From Octopus vulgaris (Eukaryota), in the NCBI GenBank assembly GCA_951406725.2, contig OX597818.1, forward strand, positions 135,346,001 to 135,410,000: a stretch of DNA of 64,000 bases, read 5' to 3'. Positions 45,164-59,811 of this stretch are shown piece by piece (the first letter of the stretch is position 1; the number at the start of each line of letters is the position of its first letter). The notes under the pieces are model-generated. The model saw only the letters and a list, made by a program, of their open reading frames with translations. It was not told the origin of the DNA and did not search any database. The position numbers and the translations under genes were made by a program.

Positions 45164-48097
45164 ATTAAAAAGTTGTAATTGGTTCAATTTTAAAATGCTC
45201 TAGATCAATGATTCTCAACATCTTATGGCTCAGTGCTCCCTTTCATGAAGGTTTTTTAGTAACAAATACCTCATCAGGTTTTGAAAAAACAAAAAAAGAA
45301 ACACACACGCACACACAAACACAGTAGATTATTTTAATCAAACAGAAACTAATTTAATACCATGGTTTATTAACTATATACTTTTTTTACCTGATATGTA
45401 TCATTTCTTAGATATCTGTAGACTAGTACCCTGCTGTGTTAAATTTCTATGGAAATTACTAAAGGAGAAAAATTGTGTAACAAAAATATATTGGACTTGA
45501 TGCATCAGTTATTTTCTATTCACATATATCACAATGTTCTCTTTGTATTTTATTCCCAGCAAAGATTCTTCTTGTAAATGTTTAAGAAACAGTGTATCTG
45601 GTTGGTTTAAATACTGTCTAAGAAAAATTACAACCCATCTAAAACCCAGCTCCATAGTGCTACCTTAGGTCTTTACAACACTCCAATGGAAGAAATGTTA
45701 CCCAGGTTAAGAACCACAGCTCTAAATTATATCAATAACAAACAGGACACTATTCTTTATCATAAAAAAAACCTAACATCTATCAAAGGTCTAATGTACC
45801 TGTAGTGTAAAAAAATCTGTCACACAATGGAAATGAAACAATAAAAGTATGTGTACAACAGGTAGACAGAGAGGGAGGGAGAAATTAAAACAAACACCAT
45901 GGGAACATTCACACACACACGACAATCAGGTGCATGTGAAAGGATAGGGTTATGTACACATGAGTGCATGCTATTAGCATTTGTGTGCATGCACATGCCA
46001 GCAGCATTTTTCCGACTTTACCTGATGATTTAACACATGCATCTTAGAGCAAATCATTATTGTGAATGAACATTCATCTATCCTATTATCTATATGTTCT
46101 TAATCTCCATTGTAAAACGGATGAAATGGTATGTCCAAATTACGGTGTTTTTCCAACTATCTTATATGCTAATTACCATATTCCTAACTTCATAAAAGAT
46201 GTGTAATGATATATCCTGGACACAGGTGTTACCAACCATATCAAATAATTCTTTAATTATCTTATAACCAAAACAGAGTTTGGTGTATTACAGAAGACAA
46301 TGATCAGAGAGCACACCAGCAAATTGAATAGAGAGGCAGAGAAGACATAGGGAAAGATTGAGGAAAGGGCGAAGAGAAGAAATAAGAATTAGAAATAAAG
46401 AGAGGAGAACCAGGAATGATGAAAAGTATTATTTAAAGAAGAATGAAATTAATGCCAGATACGGTGACAGAATGTGTCATATGATGAACAATGAAGCTGG
46501 AACTAATAGGGTAAGAATGAGAAAGAATGAAGAAAGGCAAAATCATCATCATCATCCTCCTTTAACATGTTTTCCATGCTGGCAAGCAGGAGAGCTGCAC
46601 CAGATTCCAGTCTGATTTGGCTTGATCTCTATGGCCATATGCCCTTTCTAATGCCAACCACTTTACAGTGTGTACTGGGTGCTTTTAACATGGCACCAGC
46701 ATAGGACTATTGCAGGCCAATTCTCTCTACCAGAGGATGCAGCCTCAACACTTCTGCTGTGGAGGACAGGTCTTCTTGAGTACAGCAAGGCACCAAGTAT
46801 CTCGGTCCTTTGTCAGAAAATCACCAGCAGGGAGATAGATCCCTGCCATCTCTAGAGCTGAGGCCACCAAATCATGTGATCTTGAGCTACCTTGGTCTTA
46901 TCAATGATGGACATTCAACTACTATTCTGCACAAGCCAGAATGAGAAAATATGGTCAAAGAGAATAGACAAGATTTCCTAAGGATTACCAAAGAAACAAC
47001 AATATTATTACTAAATGGGGAAAATATTTATGCCCAACACTGTACCACAAAATAGGCCATAGAATTTTCTTATGTACTAGTTACAAAATACACTCTTTAA
47101 ATTTGCAATGACTTTACAATAAACTTTATGTTGTCCACACTGTCAAAACCATTTCAAGACCAGAATTTTTTCTTCTTCTCCAGACTTAAGGAATATCTCA
47201 GTATTTTAAACAACTGTCTGAAGATTCTTATCTTTCATCAACAATATCTTAGAAAGTGTGCACAAGAAATACATCATCTGCAAAATCCTTTCTCTCAATA
47301 TTTAACCAAATTTATAACATTAAGCACCAATGTATTTAAGGATAATTTTCATTTATGTTACTAAAATACACGGATGCTTCTGTAGCTATTTTATTAAATG
47401 TGATGTGCTGTAGTCTTCAGTTTTTGTTTCCGTCCTCTAGTCAAAAAAGCACCAATATGCTATTTCTCAAGTCAAAGAATAAGGTTTTTCTCAGTATTGA
47501 AATATGAGTATAATAGAGAAAATCCCAGGCACCATTTGCAATTAAAGATAACTTGGTATCAGCATGTATCAAGCTTTTGCTAATGGTTTCACACGCCCAT
47601 GTAGTTGAGAGCAGACACAAATGCACTCTTGATGTTACTGACTTGTCCATTCCACAAAATTTCAGGTCCTGTGCCTTTAGTAGAAAGGATTATTAAACAC
47701 TTTTCCAGTTATCAAAGCAACATGCATATGGTCACAATTAAGTAAAGAAACTACTGTGCCATAAGAAGCAACATTATACCGTACATACATCTGAAATAGT
47801 AATAATAAAAAAAAAAAAATACCATCACCTATAAATGTTTTTAGTAATTTCTACCAAAAATCACAAATTCATACCTAGTCTATAAAAGTGCAGTGAATTT
47901 TTTTAAAAATGAAAGCTTAATCCAGAGTTTTTCCACTAGCTAGAGGCTGAAATATTCTATAAAAAAATGTACTGACCTTACCAAACAACTAAGCTACATT
48001 TAAACTTCCCACAGAGTATTACATGGCTTCTTTAACCAAAATATTTATAATGTCTTATTATAAACATTAGCAAAGAGCTCAACTTTGCCCTCCATTC

Positions 48098-48268
48098 ATC
48101 ATCATCATCATCGTTTAACGTCCGTTCTCCATGCAAGCATGGGTTGGACGGTTCGACTGGGGATCTGGGAAGCCAGAAGGCTGCACCAGGCTCCAGTCTT
48201 ATCTGGCAATGTTTCTACAGCTGGATGCCCTTCCTAACGCCAACCACTCTGTGAGTGTAGTGGGTGCT
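48098..48268 (-). mobile_element. Family C LINE tail (short)
   Basis: (ATC)n plus the reverse complement of the conserved tail. Confidence 0.85.
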
Positions 48269-48804
48269 TATCTTAAAAATATAACTACATCTCTACATAA
48301 TTCCAAAATATCAATCAGTATCAGACTTGTGGTGGTAGGGCTTGTAAAAGACAGAAGAGGAGGAATGGTTCTAACCAAGACATTCCTCAGAGTCATTCAC
48401 TCACAAAACCTCTCAACCTCTACATTGTAGATAATGCACCCACACCAAGCTACTCTGATAACATAACCACACATTAAAAATCATCACCATTTTATGTCTA
48501 CTTTCCATGCTGGTATGGGTAAGACACTGTAATGGTCTCCCCTGTTAGGCTTGTATGTTTTATTTTGGCATGGCTTCTATAACTGAGTGCTTTTAATACC
48601 AACCATTTTACAAAGTACTGAGAGCAGTTTATCATGGCACAATGAGAAGTTGCCTTCTCCTCAATAAGGCAATTGTATGTTGTCTGTCATTCACCAATCA
48701 CTTTACAGAGTGTACTGGGTGTATTTCATCATGGCACCAACTTTGTGCAGTTACTTTGTACTCTGCAGAACAAAAATATGGTCTTCTCTAGATTTTCTGT
48801 TTTC

Positions 48805-49407
48805 ACTTTGACCGACCAGTCCGTCAGGCGTCCATTTGACACCGCTGGTCACAGCACGCTGTCCACTCCTCTCTGGATCGCGCCTTTCTCATTCACGTGA
48901 TCCCAATCGTCCTCTTGAAATCGTCACTCCACCGTCATGGAGGTCTTCCGGGTGGTCTTTTCCGCTCACGCGGGTACCAGTCGGCAACTGCGTGCGTCCA
49001 CCGATTATCGGTGAGCCGGGCGACGTGTCCAGCCCATCTATACTTGCTGCGAGTATACTCTGCGATGACATCTCTCATGCCGGACTTCTTTCTGATGATG
49101 TTGCTATTTATGTGCTCTCTCAACGAGATACCAAGCATTGACCTTTCCATGGCCCTTTGAGCCGTTACCAGTCTTTGCTCTTCTCTCTTTGTGGTAGCCC
49201 ATGTTTCACTACCATATAACATTGCAGGCAGAACTGCACTGTTAATGAGGTTGGCGCGGGTGATCGGCAGTGATGAAATAGAGGAGGTGAGAGAATATGT
49301 CTACCTGGGACAGGAAGTAAATATGTGCCGGGATATCAAAAAGGAGATCTCACAGAGAATAAGGGCCGGATGGAAGGCGTTCAATGGCATAAGGGATGTG
49401 CTCAAGT
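48805..49407. mobile_element. RTE-clade LINE 3' fragment with 5' inversion (48805-49260 minus; ~49260-49407 plus)
   Basis: Minus: VLPAMLYGSETW...QRAMERSMLGISLREHI...RWAGHVARLTDNRWT...WYPRERKRPPGRPP*RW. Plus: EIEEVREYVYLGQEV...EISQRIRAGWKAF. Confidence 0.85.
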
Positions 49408-52400
49408 TTGGAGTTATGTGAGTAATTAATTAGGACAGATGTGCCTAATTGGGAGGGGAGAGAAAAGAGAGAATAGTGGGGGAGACAGTGATCAAGTGAC
49501 AGTGTAAAAGGAGAAATAGGAATGAAGAAGGATGTAATAAGCAACAGTAATTGGTAGTGGAAGGGAGAGTAAGTGGTGGATAGTTGGAGAAACAGATTGT
49601 CAATATCTCAAAGCAACGCAAGAGAAAACCTTTCTTCTCATATCCAACAATACCTTCAATACTATCATCATCCCATACAGAGGACATAACTGAAGCTAAA
49701 AGACATACACAATCACAACATTCAGCCAAGATAAAAACAAGCCATGAACATGCCAAACTTGCCTGAATCTTCAACTTTTCAGTTGCAAATAACTATTTTA
49801 CACAAACAACTATACTCAAAGACTATTCACAGATTAAAACCACTCAGATACAACATGATACCCAAATACATTTCTAACCACTCTAAATCACTTAGGTATT
49901 AACAATCCTCAATCACAAAATGTCATCAATTGGATTGTCAACATTAAAGCTATTGATTGAGGCATCACTTGAATAGTATCTCAAAATCTTCAGTTGGTTA
50001 CACAACCACACCTTATCTAATCAACAATGATCTTAACTATGACCACCCCCTACCACTGTCTACTGTAAACTGAAAAATCTTCAAACTTTGGTTTAGTATC
50101 ATGCATTAATCTCCACTCCTATTACAACTAAACTAGATTCTGCTCTTCTAAATTTGTCACTGTCCCATATCCATCAAAACCTACATTTTTCATCTATTTC
50201 TAGCTCCTGCCACATGTGCTACCCACCCACAAATATTACATTCTAACCACTTCAAACCCTAATAATCTCTCAAATGTGTTCTCACTACAGAAAAAAAACC
50301 CAAGACACTTCAAGAAACAATTTTATTACAACAGTCTCTCTAGTTTTACTCCAAATAATCTCACATCTTAATAATACCTTATCTTGGACATGGAACAACA
50401 ATCTGTAATAAATCCACCATATAATCATCACGTGGAAAATATTTTTTTAAATCTCACAGATATGATAAAACCTAGTAGCGTTATTCTCATAACATTCTTG
50501 GTACTCTCTTCTAGTCTCTGCTGGTAACAGTGGAAATAAGAAAGCCACTAATAGACTAACATACAAGACTTTCAAAATTTACATGTTTAATATAACAAAC
50601 CAAGACACAATTGAAAAATAGAATGCAAGCTCACTCAGCCTTTGAGATGAAACAGATTATTAAATGCTGCAACCATATTTCAGCATCTACAATTTTATTA
50701 GTTGAATTTAAATCAGAACCTTTTACTTTTGAAAAAGAAATCAATTTCCCCTCAAAAAAATCTTTAACAAACCATACCATGCTAATTAATAGGTGGAAAA
50801 TTAGTAAACAAATCACCTTCAACTCACACATTCCCATCTTTAGAAAAGTGCACAATTAGTAATGTATTTCAAGATACAAAATGGCTAGAATACCTTTGGT
50901 TAGAAAGCCTATTGAAATAGAGGTCACCTAAGGCTTAACAACAAATTCAATTATAATACTTGACAAATCATTTGATCTGACATTTTTGAACAGTAAATTT
51001 TTCACATCCCTATTGAGAGGCTATGAAGTGAGTGTGACTTGAACTATTAATCCATACTTATTTCACAATCAAATATTTAATAAAAGAAAAGTCATCTATT
51101 GGAAAAACAATGGTTGCAACAATTCTTACAAGCCAAATACATTCAAGCAGAAAATGACGTAAAGAAGGACATGTTTTAAATCTTGCATGTTAACAATTTT
51201 TGTGAATACTGGCTCCAAGAAAATAAGTTGTAACAAAGAAAATCAAATACTTTTCTCTATTGAAAGTAATTTCCATGGGATTTGATTTCAAAACAGATTT
51301 GTCAATTATGGTGTCACCATTGTTAACTACAAGTATCAACAGTTTTGCCTATTTGGCTAACTTGTCATTCATAAGGTTTAATTTAGATCATTATATCTCT
51401 AATGAGGTCTCTCAGATTAATTTCACTTTTTTTTTAAAGTGAAAATATAAATTATTTCATAACTAAATAGTAAGAAATAAAAGATGACTATTGCTCTCTG
51501 GGTACGATAAAATTATATATGTAAGCATTCATGTAGTAAAGAACATTGTGGCAATGGTGGTTGTAATAGTCTTTAAAGCAACAGATATTTGATGGGAGTT
51601 CTAGTTGTTTTATTATCAAGTCCACTAACTAAAAAGAGTGTTTGACTGGTCATAAAATAACTTTAGCTAAAACTTTCTGCCTGTAACAACAACAACAACA
51701 ATCATTAAGTTCTCGCTAATGATAATGAAACAACACAAATACTATCAGTCAGATTAGTGGAAGTCGTCAGATCTGTACTCACAGATTCCCAAAGCTACCA
51801 ATCAATTATTTATCTATGCCATCTCCTCCTCAACATATCATTTACAAGGATTACATGGAACATTTTCAAAGTTCAGACACAAAATCTGTACACTTGTAAG
51901 AAGAAAAGAAACCGAGACTAATTGTCTTTGTGGTAGAAAACAGAGAAAATTTGCGGCACTACTCTTATTAGAGAAAAATTTCAAAACTGCAAAAACATCA
52001 GTTTTCTTCTAAGTGCTTGAGAAGCTTAATATATAAATTAATATGAGATTAGATTACATACACACAGGCTTGCTTGATCAATAATGTGAATATAAAACAT
52101 TCATTATACACTTTGGTCCTTCATAATCAGCTGTATTAGGCATTTCTCAGCTACATATTATTGCATAAACAAAAATTATCAATACATGAAACTAATGAAT
52201 ATCATTTCTATCATCTGATTAATTTAAGGAACAATCAAATATGAAAAGTTGTGTTTCTTATAATCCTGTCCAAACAATTTTTAATTTCACCACTGTTACT
52301 ATGTCAATTTACCACAGGCAAAAAATTTCTGAATAGTCAATTCCATTTTTTACCGAGTGGATTGGCTTTTCTATTTTTAAATTTCATTTATAACTTGCTG

Positions 52401-53184
52401 TCTCTAAATTAGGCACAATGCCAATAATTTTGAGAAGTTAATTACATTGACCCCAGTACTAAATTGGCATTTTATTTTATTGACCCCAGATGGATGAAAG
52501 GCCAAGGTGACCTCAACAAGATCTGAATATAGAGCTGGACCAAATACCTCAAAGGCATCCTACCCATTGCTCTAACTTGCTAATCAATAATCTAGTATAT
52601 AATAAAATATCTAAGCACAGTAATAAAATCTATTTCAGCAAATAAGGTTGATATAAATTTTGAGTCAATTCATTTTAGAATGCTTACTTATATATAACGA
52701 AGAAAACAAAAAGTATATTCAGACATATTACAGGTACTATTATACTTGAAAAAATGTAAAACTTCTACATTAGTCTATGGTACAATAATTAGGATAATAA
52801 ACAAGCTGCATTTGGAATTTGACACGAAAAAAGAAATAATACTAAATGGCAAGTACAGATAACTAATAGCAACAAGAACGAATGGATATTTTTGAATTAT
52901 ATTCAGTCAGTGATGAAATCAACTTCGCTATCAAATTTTTACCATTCCTTCACGTTTAAGCCATTAAAAGTGTGCGCGTGCACACACACACACACACAAC
53001 CACCACCAACAACATTCACAAAATCTGTTGTGAACAAGTGAATACTAATAGTCTGAACAGAAGGCCTTCTTTGAAGAAACAACAAAGCATATTGGAAGGC
53101 CTTTCAGTAATGTTCTTTGTGAAAGGGACCTAGCTTAAATGTTAGAATTCATCTCAACAAATATTGACAATTCATAAATATTTA

Positions 53185-53624
53185 ACACGGTAGCATCCAG
53201 ATTAGTCTGTAAAATGAGTACTTATTTATTCACCTTGTTTTGAATTAATTATGCAGTATCTCATGGCTTTTTCAATGATGTGAGCACATATATTTTTTTA
53301 AATGACATTGTAGGGTAGTTACAAGAGGTTGGATATGGCTGGTTCAAACATAAGACAGGTATATTTGGGGCCAGATATGGCCAGTTTAAATGCTCAAGGA
53401 TTAACCCTTTAGTGTTCAGATTATTCTGTCAAATGTGATATTTGTTTATTTATAATGTTTTGAATTAATCATGCATTATCTTGTAGTTTAGAGATTTCAG
53501 TGATGTGATTTTTTAGTTTTAGAATGACATGGTAGGGCTGAGGTGAGAGGCGAGATCTGGTCAGTTTCAATATAAAACAGGTTAAATATTTTGGCCGGAT
53601 ATGGCCGGTTTGAATGCTAAAGAG
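53185..53624 (-). mobile_element. Two tandem piggyBac-type MITEs sharing a central TTAA (53401-53404)
   Basis: Both copies carry the family interior (GAATTAATCATGCATTATC, GATATGGCCGGTTTAAATGC). Confidence 0.75.
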
Positions 53625-54117
53625 TTAAACTGTCTTTTGCCAATGCAGACCAACACTAGTTTCCTCAATTAAGGTTTTTTTAAATCTTAGTTACAATGGA
53701 ACAGTTTTCAGTAAAATACCTTCAAGACATCTATAATTTTTGCCATTTTACATACACAGCACTGAGTCCATATGTGTTATTTTACCAAGTAAAATAGCTC
53801 TTGGATTTTATATATTTCTCAGTAGGGCACTCTGGAAGCATTCTTAATACCTCCTAAAACAGAATTTTTTTCCAGTTATAAATAAAAGTATACATTTTAT
53901 TCCCTTTGCTTATCCCAGGTTACTTTATATATTTACTCCTCGTGGCCAATAAACTTCAACTTACAATATGATGAACAAGAATCTGTTATTACCAACAACA
54001 GCTAAAGAAACAGTTGTCAAAACATCCTATTCCACAAAGCAAACATCCAGATTTTCTTTATAAGGTATATTAAATGCACCTTTCATTCAATTTGTTCATA
54101 TATATATATATATATCA

Positions 54118-54428
54118 GTGGCACGTAAAAAGCACCATCCAAACGTGGCCGATGCCAGCGCCGCCTTGACTGGCTTCCATGCCGGTGGCACGTAAAAAGC
54201 ACCAATCCAATTGTGGCCGTTGCCAGCCTCACCTGGCACCTGTGCCGGTGGCACATAAAAAGCACCCACTACACTCACGGAGTGGTTGGCGTTAGGAAGG
54301 ACATCCAGCTGTAGAAACACTGCCAGATCAGACTGGAGCCTGGTGCAGCCTTCTGGCTTCCCAGATCCCCGGTCGAACCATCTAACCCATGCTAGCATGG
54401 AAAACGGATGTTAAACGATGATGATGAT
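54118..54428 (+). mobile_element. Family C LINE tail in (TA)n
   Basis: Three units, conserved tail and (GAT)n, with (TA)n on both sides. Confidence 0.85.
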
Positions 54429-55044
54429 ATATATAGTCGTCAAAGACCATATTCAGATGAATCACAGAATACTGCCAGTGAATAAACACTTTTATATAAA
54501 CGGTGCCTGTGCATGTGTATATACACACACACACACACATTAGTCATCCAATACGCTATTTATTGATCAAACACAAATTTTTACTCAGTTGTGAAATCTA
54601 CAACTTGGTTGTGTTAAATCACTTGCCAAATAAGAGCATGGATATGATTTAAAGCCAACCATACAATGGCATCACACCAATATGAACCAATAGTGGCAAT
54701 GTGAAGCCACCTACACAAAGAACACTACATAGATTAACAAAGGGAATCAAACAGTTACACACATATCATCATTTAAACATTTATGGACAGATGTGCTTCC
54801 TGTCACTGACCTTCACCTTTTTCCAAGCAAGGTAACATTTTGCACTATTCCCAGAAACATTAACAGCTTGATGGCTAGACAGGTTCTCACCAAAGATTGT
54901 AGAAAAATGGATTTGTTTTCTATGAAATGTGACTTTATTTACAACTAGTGTAAAAGCTGCACTCCATGCGAACTCTTCAGCAAGCTCCTGCAGAGGGCTA
55001 TTTGGGCCTGTGGCCCAAAATTAAAAAGCGCTAAACAGCTAAAT

Positions 55045-55445
55045 AGGCGTAGGAGTGGCTGTGTGGTAAGTAGCTTGCTAACCAACCACATGGTTCCGGG
55101 TTCAGTCCCACTGCGTGGCATCTTGGGCAAATGTCTTCTGCTATAGCCCCGGGCCGACCAATGCCTTGTGAGTGGATTTGGTAGACGGACACTGAAAGAA
55201 GCCTGTCGTATATATGTATATATATGTATGTGTGTTTGTGTGTCTGTGTTTGTCCCCCTAGCATTGCTTGACAACCGATGCTGGTGTGTTTATGTCCCCG
55301 TTACTTAGCGGTTCGGCAAAAGAGACCGATAGAATAAGTACTGGGCTTACAAAGAATAAGTCCCGGGGTCGAGTTGCTCGATTAAAGGTGGTGCTCCAGC
55401 ATGGCCGCAGTCAAAATGACTGAAACAAGTAAAAGAGTAAAGAGT
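55045..55445 (+). mobile_element. SINE family A
   Basis: Full-length copy. Confidence 0.9.
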
Positions 55446-55879
55446 ATATGCCCTAGTGGTGTTTGATCAGAGGTTAAGGACAGATGAGAATTAATTCTGT
55501 AATCATTCTATTGTTCCTGTCCCAAGCTGAATTCCAACTGTTGGCCAATTTGTCCCAAAGTTCTTATCTCAATGTAAAATTAATGAAGTGAATGCCATTT
55601 ATCTCCCGCTTGATCTCTGACGTCATCTGCCAAGCTTTCCCTGCTAGAAATGGCAGCCCAAATGCTTGTAAATCTGATCCCAATGCTGGATGTTCAAGAA
55701 CCAAATGAAGGGCAGATTTTCAATCCCAGGATCATTCTGATTCCAAAAGGTATATGTCTATGTAGAGCAAATGTAGACTGAGATACAGGAGTCCAGACGA
55801 ACAGACATAGTTTGACCTTTTAATATAGTGTAAATATTAAAAAGAGGAGATATAAAGAAAACCACACATATGCATAACT

Positions 55880-56198
55880 GGCACTCAGTTGGTTACAACA
55901 ACAAGGATTCCAGTTGATCCGATCAATGGAACAGCCCGCTCATGAAATTAACGTGCAAGTGGCTGAGCATCTACAGACGTGTACCCTTAACATAGTTCAC
56001 AGTGAGATTCAGCATGACAGAGATTGTGACAAGGCCAGCCCTTTAAAATACAGGCACTACTCATTTTTGCCAGCAGAGTGGACAGGAGCAACATGAAATA
56101 AAGTGTCTTCCTCAAGGACACAATACGTCGCTGGTAATTGAACTCACAACCTTATGATTGTGAGGTGAATACCCTAACCACTAGGCCATGCACCTTGA
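55880..56198 (-). mobile_element. tRNA-derived SINE family D, diverged copy
   Basis: Colinear similarity to 467-794. Confidence 0.8.
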
Positions 56199-56216
56199 CA
56201 CATATACACACACACA

Positions 56217-56387
56217 TCATCATTTAACGTCCATTCTCCATGTTAGCATGGGTTGGACGGTTCGACTGGGGATCTGGGAAGCCAGAAGGCTGCACCAGGC
56301 TCCAGTCTTATCTGGCAATGTTTCTACAGCTGGATGGCCTTCCTAACGCCAACCACTCTGTGAGTGTAGTGGGTGCTTTTTACGTGC
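56217..56387 (-). mobile_element. Family C LINE tail (short)
   Basis: Near-identical to 48098-48268. Confidence 0.85.
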
Positions 56388-56719
56388 AACAAGCTTCTTT
56401 AGACTTTCTGTAACATCACCTTGGATCCTCGAGACTCAGCTCCATCTACCTATTACCCTTTCACCTGGTTATTCTGCCCCCACCACTTATACTGCTCACA
56501 TCATCATCACTAACTCCTTTTCCCATTACTATGCCTATGTATGAGAGACTGCATCAGATCACTTACCCCATACCCAATTCACTAACTTTACCTTTCTATA
56601 CTACCAACCATCACCCTTGCTGCTCTGGACTACTTCAGTTGCCACCCATCATCATCTCTTTGGATACCTGAGCAAATAAACAAGTCCTAGGTTATTGTAT
56701 GCTCTCTATGCTTACACTT

Positions 56720-56936
56720 TTATTTCTTTATTGCCCACAAGGGGCTAAACAAGGACAGACAAAGGGATTAAGTCGATTAGATCGACCCCAGTGCGTAACT
56801 GGTACTTAATTTATTGACTCCAAAAGGATGAAAGGCAAAGTCGACCTCGGCGGAATTTGAACTCAGAACATAGTGGCAGACGAAATACCGCTAAGCATTT
56901 CACCTGGCATGCTAACGTTTCTGCCAGCTCGTTCGC
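56720..56936 (-). mobile_element. SINE family B with 13-bp TSD
   Basis: TSD ctatgcttacact at 56706-56718 and 56937-56949. Confidence 0.85.
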
Positions 56937-57277
56937 CTATGCTTACACTCTTGTTTTCCCCACCTTTCAGTCATCAATTTGTAACATTTCTGCTACCATT
57001 GCTTCCTCTTCTATTCTCCTCTAACATGTCTTATGGTACAGAGTACTCTCTGCATTTTGGTACCTTCAAGAAAATAATGTATGGAGTTTTGTGTAAACAT
57101 TCATTGACCAAAAAATATTTTGTAATCATCATCATTGCTGTCCGTTTCTATACTAGCATGGGCTGGACAGGTCAAAGTTCTCTCTTCTTCTGGGCTGGTG
57201 CCAGAACCACACCGCCAACACATCTACAGCAATTGGTGAATGAAACAACCTCTCTAGTGCTGGTATCATGAAAAAAC

Positions 57278-57421
57278 CAAGGTCGACTTTGCCTTTCATC
57301 CTTTCGGGGTCGATAAATTAAGTACCAGTTACGCACTGGGGTCGATGTAATCGACTTAATACCTATGTCTGTCCTTGTTTGTCCCCTCTATGTTTAGCCC
57401 TTTGTGGGTAATAAAGAAATA
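57278..57421 (+). mobile_element. 5'-truncated SINE family B with TSD
   Basis: Flanked by the direct repeat ggtatcatgaaaaaa. Confidence 0.85.
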
Positions 57422-58508
57422 GGTATCATGAAAAAATGCACCCAGTACACACTGAGAAGTGGTTGGCAAATGAGCAGAGAAAGCAAAGTGTTGTGATGTC
57501 CCTTTAATTTTGTCTAAGAACTACTCAACCTCTCTAATAATGGTGCCATAAGAAAATGCACCTAGTACATTATGTAAAACAGCTAGCATTTAGCTGTAGA
57601 AACCAAGTCAAATGACAAGAGCAGTAGTCTATAGAAGCAGCAGCTTCCAATGAAAAAATGATTCAGACATAATGACCTGTCCAACCCAGACAGCAAATGA
57701 TGATGATTACAAAATATCATTTTTAGGTCACTGAATGTTTACACAAAAATCCAAACATTATTTTCTTTTTAAAGATACTGAAACATAAAATACCATTTTT
57801 TTATCAATTCACCTGCAAAAGTCATTAATATCCCAAAATTTGATTAAAGTGAAAATTTTCTCTTTTTATGCTAATGAAAAAGCTGTTTACTAGCAAATGA
57901 AAAACAGCCTATGGTATTTTCCAGAAAAACTAACATCTCTGTGATAACATATTCATTAATTTACTATTGTGCCAGTCCAATAATCAGATTTTAAAATAGA
58001 AGTTAGTTCACTTTTTATTTAGCTTGTCAGGTTTAAATGTAGGATTATTGTAAAACAGCTGATAATGCAATTAGGAAATTGTGGGTAAGGTCTGCAATAT
58101 TAGTTAGTTGCTAACTATACAACAATGATGCAAGTACGTTATTTTAATGGGCAGGGCATCATAGCATATGACTGCTAAACACAGACTAAGCACTGCCCCA
58201 GACTATCTTTTCTACTCTTGATGGTCATTGTTTTAAATTACTTGCCAATATTATAAAATTATTATGTTAATGACAGTTTTAAGGTTCAAATCTTATGGGC
58301 CTTTTAAGAGTTTCATAAATGCTAGCTACAAGATAAAAGTTATTTGAGGAAATGCAAATATTTCTTCTGTTCCCACAAAATCTAAACACACATACGCCGC
58401 CCCTGTTGATAATCTCATTCTTTGAAAACCCTTGCATGATTTCTATATCAAGACTAACACAAAGCCACAATATCAAAATATTGTTTCAACTGAATAGCTG
58501 TGAATAAC

Positions 58509-58858
58509 ATCATCATCATCGTTTAACGTCCGTTCTCCATGCTAGCATGGGTTGGATGGTTCGACCGGGGATCTGGGAAGCCAGAAGGCTGCACCATGCT
58601 CCAGTCTTATCTGGCAGTGTTTCTACAGCTGGATGCCCTTCCTAACGCCAACCACTCCGTGAGTGTAGTGGGTGCTTTTTACGTGCCACCTGCACAGGTG
58701 CCAGGCGAGGCTGGCTACGGCCACGGTCGGATTGGTGTATTTTACGTGCCACCGGCACGGAAGCCAGTCGAGGTGGCGCTGGCATCGGCCACGAGTCGGA
58801 TAGTGCTTTTTACGTACCACCAGACCAGGGATCCTGGCTGGTTCAATTCGATTTCGAT
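58509..58858 (-). mobile_element. Family C LINE tail
   Basis: Reverse complement of the 44772-45163 type. Confidence 0.85.
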
Positions 58859-59811
58859 TAAAATAGAATTGAAAATTCCAATTTAGCAATTTTATTGAAA
58901 TTTACAAAACTGTTTTTAATTTGTAGCTTTACCTAAGCAACTTTTTCTGAAAAACTTGAGCAATTGCTGAAGTTATTTTCAGTAACATTGACCAAAAGGT
59001 ATAACAAAAGAGTCATCAACAATCGCTCCCAATATATTGCTATTTAAATCTTTAAGAAGAAACCCCAAATTACATTTACTCCTTTGTTTTTGTTATACCT
59101 TTTTTCCTCGTTAGCATAAATGGGGTTTTGATCACTTTGCTCCATACTGCTTACCTTTCGTAGTTAAACCTAAGTCAGATCGTAGCTAAAACAGCTGTGT
59201 CCTACCCAGAGGCACAACAATGTCTGTGTTTCAATTCAAATTCACAAGGTCAGAAGTTTATTGATATCTTATAAACACCAATAAAATATATAAATACACT
59301 TTAAAATATTTTAAGACACAGTACAAACAGAAAATGTTCACAAAAGTTTAGTTTTCATAAAAGTCTAAAAACAGAAAGATATTTCAAACATTAAAGCTTA
59401 TAAACCAACAATAAAATAAATACACTTGAGATTTCACAGAAAACTAATGTAGTAATCTAAATAAATACAAACAAAACAATTCAAATCATCTAAATTTTGT
59501 CACTAATAATTGCAACTTGAAGACTGGGAAAAAAATGTAGTTACAAGAAGAAATTTGATCTGTTTCAGACCATGTTCTCCTTTGAAGAAAGAGCAGTTGT
59601 CCTCAGTCTATGCACCATCTCACTCAGCCCAAAGAGAGAATTTCTTCTCTCTGAAGGCTTAATCTGAAATGTTAGAACATACAACAACATAGGAACTTAA
59701 AACAACTTCATTACTTTATTAATAAAAGCAATTTTTGCTAAAGCAGTCATCCACTAGTTTCCCTGGCTTCTAGGTTTCTTTCGTCTTTCATTTATATATA
59801 TATATATATAT

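Noticed and set aside
45235-45280. Minus-strand CTGATGA...GAAA
   Set aside because: No stem III, NUH triplet or stem I.
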